Shown piece after piece: positions 21,243-30,012 of a stretch of 64,000 nucleotides of DNA (its first letter is position 1; every line of letters begins with the position of its first letter). The stretch lies in assembly GCA_000435515.1 (NCBI GenBank), contig FR884184.1, positions 18,941 to 82,940 of the forward strand, read 5' to 3'. This DNA comes from Firmicutes bacterium CAG:582. Lineage in GTDB: Bacteria > Bacillota_I > Bacilli_A > RF39 > UBA660. The notes under the pieces are model-generated. The model was not told the DNA's origin, did not search any database, and saw only the letters and a program-made list of their open reading frames with translations. The position numbers and the translations under genes were made by a program.

Positions 21243-21851
21243 ATGAAAAATAAGGGATTTACTTTGGTTGAACTACTTGCGGTTATTGTTATAATTGGTC
21301 TTATACTTGCAATAACGGTACCAAATGCTTTTAAGATTAGTAGTAAAGTTAAGACTAAAGCTTATGAAACAAAAATAGAACAAATCGAGTCTGGTGCAGG
21401 TGCAACTTATGGAAACAATAATTTAGGAGTTGTTAGAACGAGTGCTGGTAGATGTGCTTTTAAAGTGGATGCTGATGATAATTTGGTTCAAGCATATTAT
21501 GCAGCGAATGGAGTTATAAATGATGCAGGTTCTTTAGAAAAGTATCCATGTATAAAAATGACTATTCAAGATTTAGTTGAGGCTGGGTCACTAGAATATG
21601 ATAGTAAAAAAATGTGTGACACTTATAATTGTCCAACAGATACTCAAACTAGAGCATATTATGAGAATATTATTTCGAATCCGGTTGATGATTATATAAT
21701 TAACACTTGTAATGTGTACATATATTATAAGAATAATCGTGCATATGCGACTTTTGATAAAGTAACTTGTGATCAAAAAAGAGATACACCAGATAATGGA
21801 CATGAATATAAAAGATTATCTAAAAAGATAACATCTACAACTAAAAAATAG
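21243..21851 (+). CDS. type IV pilin / competence pseudopilin (class III signal peptide)
   Basis: Prepilin motif KGFTLVELLAVIVIIGLILAI. Standalone gene between engB and der. Confidence 0.75.
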   Translation: MKNKGFTLVELLAVIVIIGLILAITVPNAFKISSKVKTKAYETKIEQIESGAGATYGNNNLGVVRTSAGRCAFKVDADDNLVQAYYAANGVINDAGSLEKYPCIKMTIQDLVEAGSLEYDSKKMCDTYNCPTDTQTRAYYENIISNPVDDYIINTCNVYIYYKNNRAYATFDKVTCDQKRDTPDNGHEYKRLSKKITSTTKK

Positions 21852-21921
21852 AAACTTGAGAAATTTTTGATTATATGGTACCATAAGTACCATATTTTAT
21901 CTTATTAAAGGAGGAAAAAGA

Positions 21922-23232
21922 ATGAGAAAAACGGTATGTTTGGTTGGTAGACCTAATACAGGTAAATCGACACTTTTTAATAGACTTATAAATGAAAAAA
22001 AAGCAATTATTGCAGATACACCGGGAGTAACTAGGGATAGAATTTATGGAATAGTTAATTATAAAACAAAATCTTTTAGTTTGATTGATACTGGTGGTAT
22101 TGATTTAACAGATGAAGTTTTTAATGACAACATAAAGATGCAAGCTGAACTTGCTATGGATGAAGCGGATGTTATTGTATTTGTTGTAGATGGAAGAGAA
22201 AGTATAACTCAAAATGACCTTGCTGTAAGAGATATGCTCTTAAGAACGAATAAAAAAGTAATTGTTGCTTTAAATAAGATGGATGATAAAAAACATGATG
22301 ACAACATATATGAATATTATGAGTTAGGTTTTGAAAATATTGTATGTATTTCAGCAGAGCATAAAAGAAACATAAGCGAGCTTTTAGATATGATTACAGA
22401 GGATTTCAATGACTATTCCACTGAAGAGGATGAAGAGATTTTAAAATTTGCGGTAATTGGAAGACCTAATGTTGGAAAAAGCAGTTTAGTAAACGCTATA
22501 TTAGGTGAAGAAAGACAAATTGTATCTGATGTTGCAGGTACCACTCGTGATTCAGCAGATTCAAGATTTACATATGATCATCAAGATTACTTGGTTATCG
22601 ATACAGCTGGAATGCGAAAAAAAGGAAAAATTTATGAAAGCATTGAAAAATATTCGATTATTCGTAGTTTAAAAGCTATAGAAAGATGTGATGTTGCTGT
22701 TATTGTAATTGATGCTGAAAGTGGAATAATTGAACATGATAAACACATTGTTTCTTATGCCTTACAAGCAGGTAAAGCTATATGTTTAGTTGTTAATAAA
22801 TGGGATACAATTAAGGATAAAGATTCTGAATTAAAAGAGTGGAAAAAACGACTTGATAATGAATTCCAATTCATTCCTTATGCTAACGTAGTATTTTTAT
22901 CTGCTAAAACTAAGGCGAGAATTCATACTCTTATGCCAGCAATACTAAAATGTTATGAATCCTATACTAAAGAAATAAAAACTAGTGTGTTAAATGATGT
23001 AATTAGAGATGCGGTTAGTTTACATGAACCTCCTTCATATAAAGGAAAGAGATTAAAAATATATTTTGTTAATCAAACTGATTCTAAACCTCCAAAATTT
23101 GTATTTCATGTTAATAGTAAATCTTTAGTACATTTTTCTTATGAAAGATATTTGGAAAACAAGATAAGAGAATCATTTGACTTAGATGGCAGCCCAATAA
23201 TTCTTCAATTTAAGAACCGAGGTGAGGAGTAG
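21922..23232 (+). CDS. der: GTPase Der (EngA), double GTP-binding domains
   Basis: GRPNTGKSTLFN and GRPNVGKSSLVN G1 motifs plus a KH-like C-terminus. Confidence 0.95.
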   Translation: MRKTVCLVGRPNTGKSTLFNRLINEKKAIIADTPGVTRDRIYGIVNYKTKSFSLIDTGGIDLTDEVFNDNIKMQAELAMDEADVIVFVVDGRESITQNDLAVRDMLLRTNKKVIVALNKMDDKKHDDNIYEYYELGFENIVCISAEHKRNISELLDMITEDFNDYSTEEDEEILKFAVIGRPNVGKSSLVNAILGEERQIVSDVAGTTRDSADSRFTYDHQDYLVIDTAGMRKKGKIYESIEKYSIIRSLKAIERCDVAVIVIDAESGIIEHDKHIVSYALQAGKAICLVVNKWDTIKDKDSELKEWKKRLDNEFQFIPYANVVFLSAKTKARIHTLMPAILKCYESYTKEIKTSVLNDVIRDAVSLHEPPSYKGKRLKIYFVNQTDSKPPKFVFHVNSKSLVHFSYERYLENKIRESFDLDGSPIILQFKNRGEE

Positions 23233-23984
23233 TGAAAGATAAAATCATTATTGGTGTCCTAAGTGGAATAATTGTAGGATTTTTAATAGCTATAGCAACC
23301 ATGGCCCTTCTTAATAATAAAAAGGAAAGTTTTGATATTGGAGAAGCAATAAAACGTGAAAATGATTATGTTGTTATAAAAGGAAATAACACCACTACAA
23401 AAGTAGAAGACTCAAATATTAATGTTGGAGATATTGTGAAACGTGAAAATAATACTACAACAATAATTAAGACAACAACAACTGTTACAACTACAAAAGT
23501 ATCTGAAGCTGATGTTATAAATACTTTTGCTTCAGAGTACGATTCAGTTTCTAAGAAAGTTGGCTCGGTTGACTTTAAGGAAAGTGCCAAAAACTTATTT
23601 ATTAAAATAGTTGATTTTATATTTTATGGAACCGAAATAAATGGAGTGCATTTTAATGATTTAACTATGAAAAGTAAAATGACTATTATCAAGTATGCTC
23701 TTTTACTTGATAGTAAAATAAATTCTTATTTTCCTGATTATAAACAAGAATTGGGAGAAAAATATAATTTGGTTAAAGATAAATTAATAAGTGAATATAT
23801 GAACTCTTTAACATATGTTTGTTCTAAAAATAAAAATGAATGTGAAACTGTTAAACATGAATTTAATGATTTAAAAGGTAAAATTTCTATTACATGGTCT
23901 AATTTAAAAAATGCATTTAAAAATGGTGCGGATAAAACAAAAACATCTTTAGAAGAATGGTATAAAATATTTAAAAATAACTAA
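23232..23984 (+). CDS. hypothetical membrane-anchored protein with Thr-rich segment
   Basis: GTG start overlapping the der stop (TAGTG). N-terminal TM helix. TTTIIKTTTTVTTTK low-complexity run. Confidence 0.5.
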   Translation: MKDKIIIGVLSGIIVGFLIAIATMALLNNKKESFDIGEAIKRENDYVVIKGNNTTTKVEDSNINVGDIVKRENNTTTIIKTTTTVTTTKVSEADVINTFASEYDSVSKKVGSVDFKESAKNLFIKIVDFIFYGTEINGVHFNDLTMKSKMTIIKYALLLDSKINSYFPDYKQELGEKYNLVKDKLISEYMNSLTYVCSKNKNECETVKHEFNDLKGKISITWSNLKNAFKNGADKTKTSLEEWYKIFKNN

Positions 23985-24601
23985 TGAATATAGATGGCAA
24001 TAATTTAGAGATTGTAGTAGAAAGAAAAAAAATTAAAAATATATATTTTAGAATAAATGAGAATAATGAAATATATGTTACGTGTCCTAAATATGTAACT
24101 GACCGGGAAATTATCAAACTTCTTAATAACAATCATGATTCTTTAGTAAGAATGTATAAAAAAGTTAAGAAAAGAACTACTGAAAAAGAATGTGTTTTAT
24201 ATTTAGGTGAAAAAATTGATTATGTTTATCATAATAGGATTATCTTTGATAATGATAGAATTTTTGCTCCATCTATTAAAAAAGCTAATGAATATCTTGA
24301 GAAGAAGTGTTTAGATGTATTTCAAAAAAGAATGGATTTATATACTCCTCAATTTGATAACTTACCAGAGTTTAGGTTGCGTGTAAGAAAAATGAAAACT
24401 AGATGGGGAGTATGCAATCGAAAAAGTATGACAGTTACGTTAAATACTGAATTAATACATAAGAAACCTTATTTGATTGATTATGTTATAGTTCATGAAC
24501 TTTCTCATTTTGAGCATATGGATCATTCAAAGGATTTTTGGAAATGCGTCGAAATGCATTATCCAAGATATAAGGAAGCTAGAAAAGAATTAAAAAGTTA
24601 G
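23984..24601 (+). CDS. YgjP/DUF45-family metal-dependent hydrolase (WLM-like HExxH)
   Basis: VIVHELSHFEHMDHSKDFW motif. Start overlaps the upstream stop (TAATG). Confidence 0.7.
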   Translation: MNIDGNNLEIVVERKKIKNIYFRINENNEIYVTCPKYVTDREIIKLLNNNHDSLVRMYKKVKKRTTEKECVLYLGEKIDYVYHNRIIFDNDRIFAPSIKKANEYLEKKCLDVFQKRMDLYTPQFDNLPEFRLRVRKMKTRWGVCNRKSMTVTLNTELIHKKPYLIDYVIVHELSHFEHMDHSKDFWKCVEMHYPRYKEARKELKS

Positions 24602-24612
24602 GATGAATAGAA

Positions 24613-25326
24613 ATGATTGAATCGGTAAATAATGAAAAGATAAAAAGATATTCAAAATTAAACGAAAAAAAATATCGTGATAAAGAAAATATGTTTATTG
24701 TAGAAGGTGAACATCTAGTTGAAGAAGCTTTAGAAAAAGGCATTGTAATTGATATATTTTCTTTAGAAGAAAAAGAAAATTCTACTCGAGTTAGTATTGA
24801 AGTTATGAAAAAGCTTAGCAATCTTTCTAATCCTCCTAAAATACTTGCTGTTGCTAAAAAAATTGAGGAAAGAAAAATTAATGGCAATGTTTTAGTTTTA
24901 GATGATATTCAAGATCCTGGAAATCTTGGAACGATTATAAGAAGTGCAGTTTCTTTTGGAATAGATACAATTGTTGCAAGTAAGAATACGGTTGATGTAT
25001 ATAATTCAAAAGTTATACGTGCAACAGAAGGAATGCTTTTTAAAATCAATTATTTAAAAAGAGATTTGGTTGAATTTATTAATGCGAATAAAGATACTTT
25101 AACATTTATTACAACAGATGTTAGAACTGGAAAAGATATTAAAGATATAGAAATACCAGGTAATTATGCTTTGATTATGGGAAATGAGGGAAATGGAGTA
25201 AGTGACGCTGTAAGTGAACTTGTTCCAAATAAAGTTAATATAAAAATAAGTGAAAAGTGTGAATCGTTAAATGTTTCTATTGCAACTTCAATACTCCTTT
25301 ATGAGCTTTATACAAGATTAGACTAG
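24613..25326 (+). CDS. TrmH/SpoU-family RNA 2'-O-methyltransferase
   Basis: SpoU motifs VLDDIQDPGNLGTIIRSAVSFG and IMGNEGNGVS. N-terminal substrate-binding domain. Confidence 0.8.
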   Translation: MIESVNNEKIKRYSKLNEKKYRDKENMFIVEGEHLVEEALEKGIVIDIFSLEEKENSTRVSIEVMKKLSNLSNPPKILAVAKKIEERKINGNVLVLDDIQDPGNLGTIIRSAVSFGIDTIVASKNTVDVYNSKVIRATEGMLFKINYLKRDLVEFINANKDTLTFITTDVRTGKDIKDIEIPGNYALIMGNEGNGVSDAVSELVPNKVNIKISEKCESLNVSIATSILLYELYTRLD

Positions 25327-25368
25327 GTCTAATTTTTTTTTACAATAAATTATACGATTTTTTTCAAA

Positions 25369-25398
25369 TTGACTTGAAAATCGTGGGGGGGGTATTAT
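25369..25398 (+). promoter_or_regulatory. candidate promoter with G8 homopolymer in the -35/-10 spacer (possible phase-variation switch)
   Basis: TTGACT at 25369..25374. The 18-nt spacer ends in GGGGGGGG (25385..25392). TATTAT at 25393..25398. Gene ATG at 25430. Confidence 0.45.
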
Positions 25399-25429
25399 AA
25401 AATAAAAATAGAAAGATAGATGATGCAAA

Positions 25430-27562
25430 ATGAAGAAAACGACAATACTTATAATAGTAGTTTTATTTATGGTAATAGGATATGCAGCATATAATACAAC
25501 AATAAATATATATGGAAATGGAAAGTTAGCAGAAAACCTAAGTGATTTTAAAGTATATCTATCTAATTTAAAAGTAAACGGAAAAGAAGTAAGTGGAATA
25601 AATAATACAAAAGATGAATTTACAATAAATGAAATAAATGGAGATATAAGTGTAGATATAGTAAATGATTCAACAGAATATGATACAAAAGCTTATTTAG
25701 ATTGTGATGTAGATAACACCTGGGATTTTGATTATACTGGAGGTGAACAAACTTTTACTGCACCAATTACTGGAACATATAAATTAGAGGTTTGGGGAGC
25801 TCAAGGTGGATCGGGTTCTTTTAATAATTATTCAAATGATAAAGCTGGTTATGGCGGATATTCACTTGGATTAATTTCTATCAATTCGTCTTCAAAAATA
25901 TATATAAATGTTGGCGGGGCTGGTGGCGTTGTAAATAGCATAAATGGAAGTGCTGGTGGTTACAATGGTGGTGGAAATGGAGAAGCTACCTGTGAAGGTT
26001 TTAAATACCCTGGAGGAGGAGGCGGCGGAGGTGCAACACATATTTCTGGTACATCAGGAATTCTTCCAACTCTATCTAATAAAATTGATAATATCATGAT
26101 CGTCGCAGGTGGAGGCGGAGGTGCTGGATTATATAATGGTGGTTACAATCAAGGTGGAGGATATGCGGGTTCTGGTGGTGGATTTGTTGGCGGGGACGCA
26201 ACTACTACTAACCTTAGGCCTATCATCGGTGGAACACAAACAACTGGTTATAGTTTTGGTCTAGGAGAAACTTCCACTGCATGTCACTATGCAGTCGATG
26301 GCAACTGGGGTAATGGCGGCGGAGGTGGAGGCTTCTATGGCGGTTTTGCTTCAAGTTATACAACTGGTACTTATACCAATGGCGGTGGTGCCGGAGGTTC
26401 GGGCTATATAGGTAATCCGCTTCTAACAGAGAAAAGTATGTATTGTTACAATTGTACTGAGTCAAATGAAATATCAATCAAAACAGTATCAACCACATGC
26501 GTAAATTCAAATCCAACAGAAAATTGTGCTAAGTTAGGAAATGGATATGCACGTATTACCTTAATATCATCTCCTACAAGTATAACAACAGATAAAGTAA
26601 CTATTTCTGCTCAAGAAAGTACTAGCCAAAATCTAAAAAATGTAACTGGTAAAACATTAACTTGTAAACTAAAGGTTAATAAGATATCAAGAACGGAAAA
26701 GAAAGAATACACAGGACCAACAGAATGGACATTTGATTATACAGGAGGAGAACAAACATTTACTGCACCAATCACAGGAACATATAAGTTAGAGGCTTGG
26801 GGAGCCCAAGGTGGTAGTGGTATAAATACTAATCAAGGAAGTACAAATTATGTTAGAAATGGCGGCTTTGGCGGATATTCTAGTGGAGAAATTAGTATTT
26901 TAAAAAACAGCGTCCTTTATATAAATATTGGTGGTCAAGGAGAAGATGGAACCTCTACTCAAGATATAGGAGTAAAGTTTTCTGGAGGATATAACGGTGG
27001 AGGTAATGGCTTATATTATTCTGGAGGTGGAGGAGCAACTCACATTGCTACTAAATCTGGAATACTATCATCTCTACATAATTCTATTAATTACATTTTG
27101 ATTGTTTCCGGTGGAGGTGGAGGAACGTCTGCTCATTATTTAGGAGGTGGCTACTGCATTGGTGGCTCTGGTGGCGGAATTCAAGGTCAAGCCGGCTATA
27201 ATGGTGATAGCACTACCTATTTAGAAAATGGTAGTTCTCAAACAAATGGATTTTCCTTTGGAAAAGGAGAAGATTCACAAAATCCTTCGAGTGGATGCGC
27301 TACTGCTGGCGGCGGAGGTGGTTTTTATGGCGGGAAGTCTCCAACTAATTTCTCAACTTCGTGGAATTCCTGCTCCGGTGGAGGATCTGGATACATAGGT
27401 AATACTTTATTAAGCAAAAAAGGCATGTATTGTTATAATTGTACTGAATCAAGTGAAATATCAACAAAGACTATTTCAACTACATGTACAAGTGCAACAC
27501 CAACAGTAAACTGTTCAAAACAAGGTAATGGATACGCACGTATTACTTTAATATCGTATTAG
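25430..27562 (+). CDS. secreted glycine-rich-domain protein with internal tandem duplication (two modules of about 300 aa)
   Basis: Signal peptide. Module starts W(D/T)FDYTGGEQTFTAPITGTYKLE(V/A)WGAQGGSG are repeated at about residues 100 and 430. Each module ends MYCYNCTES.EIS.KT.STTC....PT.NC.K.GNGYARITLIS. Reminiscent of the Gly_rich domain family (ALK/LTK-like). Confidence 0.7.
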   Translation: MKKTTILIIVVLFMVIGYAAYNTTINIYGNGKLAENLSDFKVYLSNLKVNGKEVSGINNTKDEFTINEINGDISVDIVNDSTEYDTKAYLDCDVDNTWDFDYTGGEQTFTAPITGTYKLEVWGAQGGSGSFNNYSNDKAGYGGYSLGLISINSSSKIYINVGGAGGVVNSINGSAGGYNGGGNGEATCEGFKYPGGGGGGGATHISGTSGILPTLSNKIDNIMIVAGGGGGAGLYNGGYNQGGGYAGSGGGFVGGDATTTNLRPIIGGTQTTGYSFGLGETSTACHYAVDGNWGNGGGGGGFYGGFASSYTTGTYTNGGGAGGSGYIGNPLLTEKSMYCYNCTESNEISIKTVSTTCVNSNPTENCAKLGNGYARITLISSPTSITTDKVTISAQESTSQNLKNVTGKTLTCKLKVNKISRTEKKEYTGPTEWTFDYTGGEQTFTAPITGTYKLEAWGAQGGSGINTNQGSTNYVRNGGFGGYSSGEISILKNSVLYINIGGQGEDGTSTQDIGVKFSGGYNGGGNGLYYSGGGGATHIATKSGILSSLHNSINYILIVSGGGGGTSAHYLGGGYCIGGSGGGIQGQAGYNGDSTTYLENGSSQTNGFSFGKGEDSQNPSSGCATAGGGGGFYGGKSPTNFSTSWNSCSGGGSGYIGNTLLSKKGMYCYNCTESSEISTKTISTTCTSATPTVNCSKQGNGYARITLISY

Positions 27563-27627
27563 TTAAGTATATAAATTTTTATATACTTTTTTTATAGAAA
27601 TTTATATTATAATTTGGTACAATTTAT

Positions 27628-28326
27628 ATGGTGATAATATTGAAAGATTTATCTTTTTTAAAATCAGAAAAAATTGCTCATCGAGGAATTTTTGATAATA
27701 AAAGAATATATGAAAATACAATAAGCGCATATGATCGAGCTTTAAAATATAAATACATAATACATATTGATGCTTTAATGTTAAAAGATGAAACTATTAT
27801 ATGTTTTCATGATTTAGACGCTAAAAGACTTTTACATGTTGAAGAAAATATTGAAAATATGACATATGATGAATTAATGTATATTGCTAAATATCAAATT
27901 CCAACTTTAGAAGAGGCTTTAAATGTAATAAATGGTAAAGTTCCTATAATTATTGAAATTAGAAATAAAAAGAGACATCATTTATTTGAGCAAAAATTAA
28001 GTGATATTTTAGATAATTATGGTGGTTTATTTGCTATTCAATCTTTTTATTTAAGTGTCTTAAAATGGTTTTATAAAAATAAAAAGGATTATGTTACAGG
28101 GTATTTAGTTTGTAAAAAGAATAGTAGGAAAGATCATTTCTTTAAAAAGTATGATTATTTAAATATCAATATTTTACTCTATAGTGATGCTAGAATTAAA
28201 AGAATTCGTGGTAGCAAAATTGTTATTGGTTATAAAATATTAAATAAAAAAGAATATGAAACAACAAAGATGTTATACGATAACCTAGAGTTTGATAATA
28301 TACTTGAAATAGATAAGTATGAGTAA
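27628..28326 (+). CDS. glycerophosphodiester phosphodiesterase-family protein
   Basis: Catalytic HRG...EN motif (KIAHRGIFDNKRIYENTISAY), and size. Confidence 0.55.
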   Translation: MVIILKDLSFLKSEKIAHRGIFDNKRIYENTISAYDRALKYKYIIHIDALMLKDETIICFHDLDAKRLLHVEENIENMTYDELMYIAKYQIPTLEEALNVINGKVPIIIEIRNKKRHHLFEQKLSDILDNYGGLFAIQSFYLSVLKWFYKNKKDYVTGYLVCKKNSRKDHFFKKYDYLNINILLYSDARIKRIRGSKIVIGYKILNKKEYETTKMLYDNLEFDNILEIDKYE

Positions 28327-28359
28327 TATAATATTTTAATATGAGTTAGGGGAATATTT

Positions 28360-28824
28360 ATGTATATTGGAAAATATGTTAATACTCATGGTATTAAAGG
28401 TGAAATAAAGATACAAAGTGATATTGATCATAAAGATGCTGTTTTTAAAATTGGTAATGAAATCAGTATTGCTTCTAAGGCTTTTAAAATAAAAACATAT
28501 CGTGTTCATAAGGGTTATGATATGGTGACTTTTGATGGAATAAATAATATCAATGATATTCTTCCTTTAAAAGGTAATAAAGTATTTATAGATAGAAACT
28601 TATTACCTAAAGATATAATTTTTTATGATGATTTAATCAATAAAACTCTAATTTTAGATGATAAAATATTTGGTAAAGTTGTTGATTATTCAAATACTAA
28701 AAACCCTTTATTAATATGTATCCATGATGAAAAAACATTTTATATTCCTATGAATGGTAATTTTATAAAAGAAATAAAAGATGATATATTTTTAGAAGAA
28801 TCGGCAAAGGAGTTGATATTATGA
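28360..28824 (+). CDS. rimM: 16S rRNA processing protein RimM
   Basis: MYIGKYVNTHGIKGEIKI and PRC-barrel C-terminus. Overlaps the trmD start. Confidence 0.85.
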   Translation: MYIGKYVNTHGIKGEIKIQSDIDHKDAVFKIGNEISIASKAFKIKTYRVHKGYDMVTFDGINNINDILPLKGNKVFIDRNLLPKDIIFYDDLINKTLILDDKIFGKVVDYSNTKNPLLICIHDEKTFYIPMNGNFIKEIKDDIFLEESAKELIL

Positions 28825-29486
28825 AGATAAGTATATTAACTCTTTTTCCGGAAATGTTTGATAATTTTAAAACATCATCCATCATAAAAAGAGCGATTGA
28901 TAAATCTTTAGTGGATATTGAGATAATTAATATAAGAGATTTTTCTAAACTAAATAATAAACAAGTTGATGATACTCCTTATGGTGGAGGTTCTGGAATG
29001 GTTATGCGCGTAGATATCGTAGTTGATGCTATAAATTCAGTTAAAACTGATGAATCAATTGTAATATTAATGAGCCCAGCTGGAACTACATTTAACCAAA
29101 AAATCTCCTATGATTTAAGTAAAAAGAAACATTTAATTTTTATATGTGGACATTACGAAGGCATAGATGAGAGAATTTTAAACTATGTTGATATGGAACT
29201 TTCAATTGGTGATTTTATATTAACTGGTGGAGAAATACCAACTATGGCCATGAGTGATGCAATCATTAGACTTATTCCAGGAGTTATAAAGGATGAATCC
29301 AGTAGTAATGAATCATTTAATAACGGTTTGCTTGATTATCCGGTATATACTCGTCCAAGTGTGTATGATGGACATGAAGTACCTGAAGTATTGATGAATG
29401 GTAATCATGCGTTGATTGACAATTGGAGAAAAGAAGCAGCACTTAAAAAAACACAAGAACGTAGACCAGACTTGTTAAATAAGTAA
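28821..29486 (+). CDS. trmD: tRNA (guanine37-N1)-methyltransferase
   Basis: ILTLFPEMF, DDTPYGGGSGMVM and GHYEGIDER motifs. Confidence 0.95.
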   Translation: MKISILTLFPEMFDNFKTSSIIKRAIDKSLVDIEIINIRDFSKLNNKQVDDTPYGGGSGMVMRVDIVVDAINSVKTDESIVILMSPAGTTFNQKISYDLSKKKHLIFICGHYEGIDERILNYVDMELSIGDFILTGGEIPTMAMSDAIIRLIPGVIKDESSSNESFNNGLLDYPVYTRPSVYDGHEVPEVLMNGNHALIDNWRKEAALKKTQERRPDLLNK

Positions 29487-29500
29487 GGAGGGACCTGAAA

Positions 29501-29935
29501 ATGGTATCATTTGTTGTATCTAAAAAGAAAATAAAAGGGACAATAGACTATTTTGAATATGATTCTGATGGTTTTAAATATTATCCTAAATTTAAATCAA
29601 TTATTAATGATAACGGAGTGGATATTCGTTATAAGTATTTAATTGACGTTATACTTTTTGAATTTGATAAAGATTTTGATAAGATGACAAAAAGTATCTA
29701 TAAATATGTAACAAGTGAAGATGACGACGATGATACAGTTTCTATGTTATTGAATGAAGTTGCACGATTAAAAAGTATTGTTGAACTTGAATATAAGAAA
29801 CATGTAACTTTAGAAAAATATAAAGAATATCTAAACAAATTATATTATTTGGATGCAGAATTAAAGAGAAAAAAAGCTATTTTAAGATATAATGAAGAAC
29901 TTGATTATGAGATGAATAGAGGAAGAAGTCTTTAG
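29501..29935 (+). CDS. hypothetical protein occupying the position where rplS usually follows trmD
   Basis: 144-aa ORF with GGAGGG SD. No recognisable family. Confidence 0.45.
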   Translation: MVSFVVSKKKIKGTIDYFEYDSDGFKYYPKFKSIINDNGVDIRYKYLIDVILFEFDKDFDKMTKSIYKYVTSEDDDDDTVSMLLNEVARLKSIVELEYKKHVTLEKYKEYLNKLYYLDAELKRKKAILRYNEELDYEMNRGRSL

Positions 29936-30012
29936 GCTTCTTTCTTTTATTTAACTTGATTTTGAAAGTTATATAATATATAATATTTAAAGTAAATGAA
30001 AGGAAGAATACT

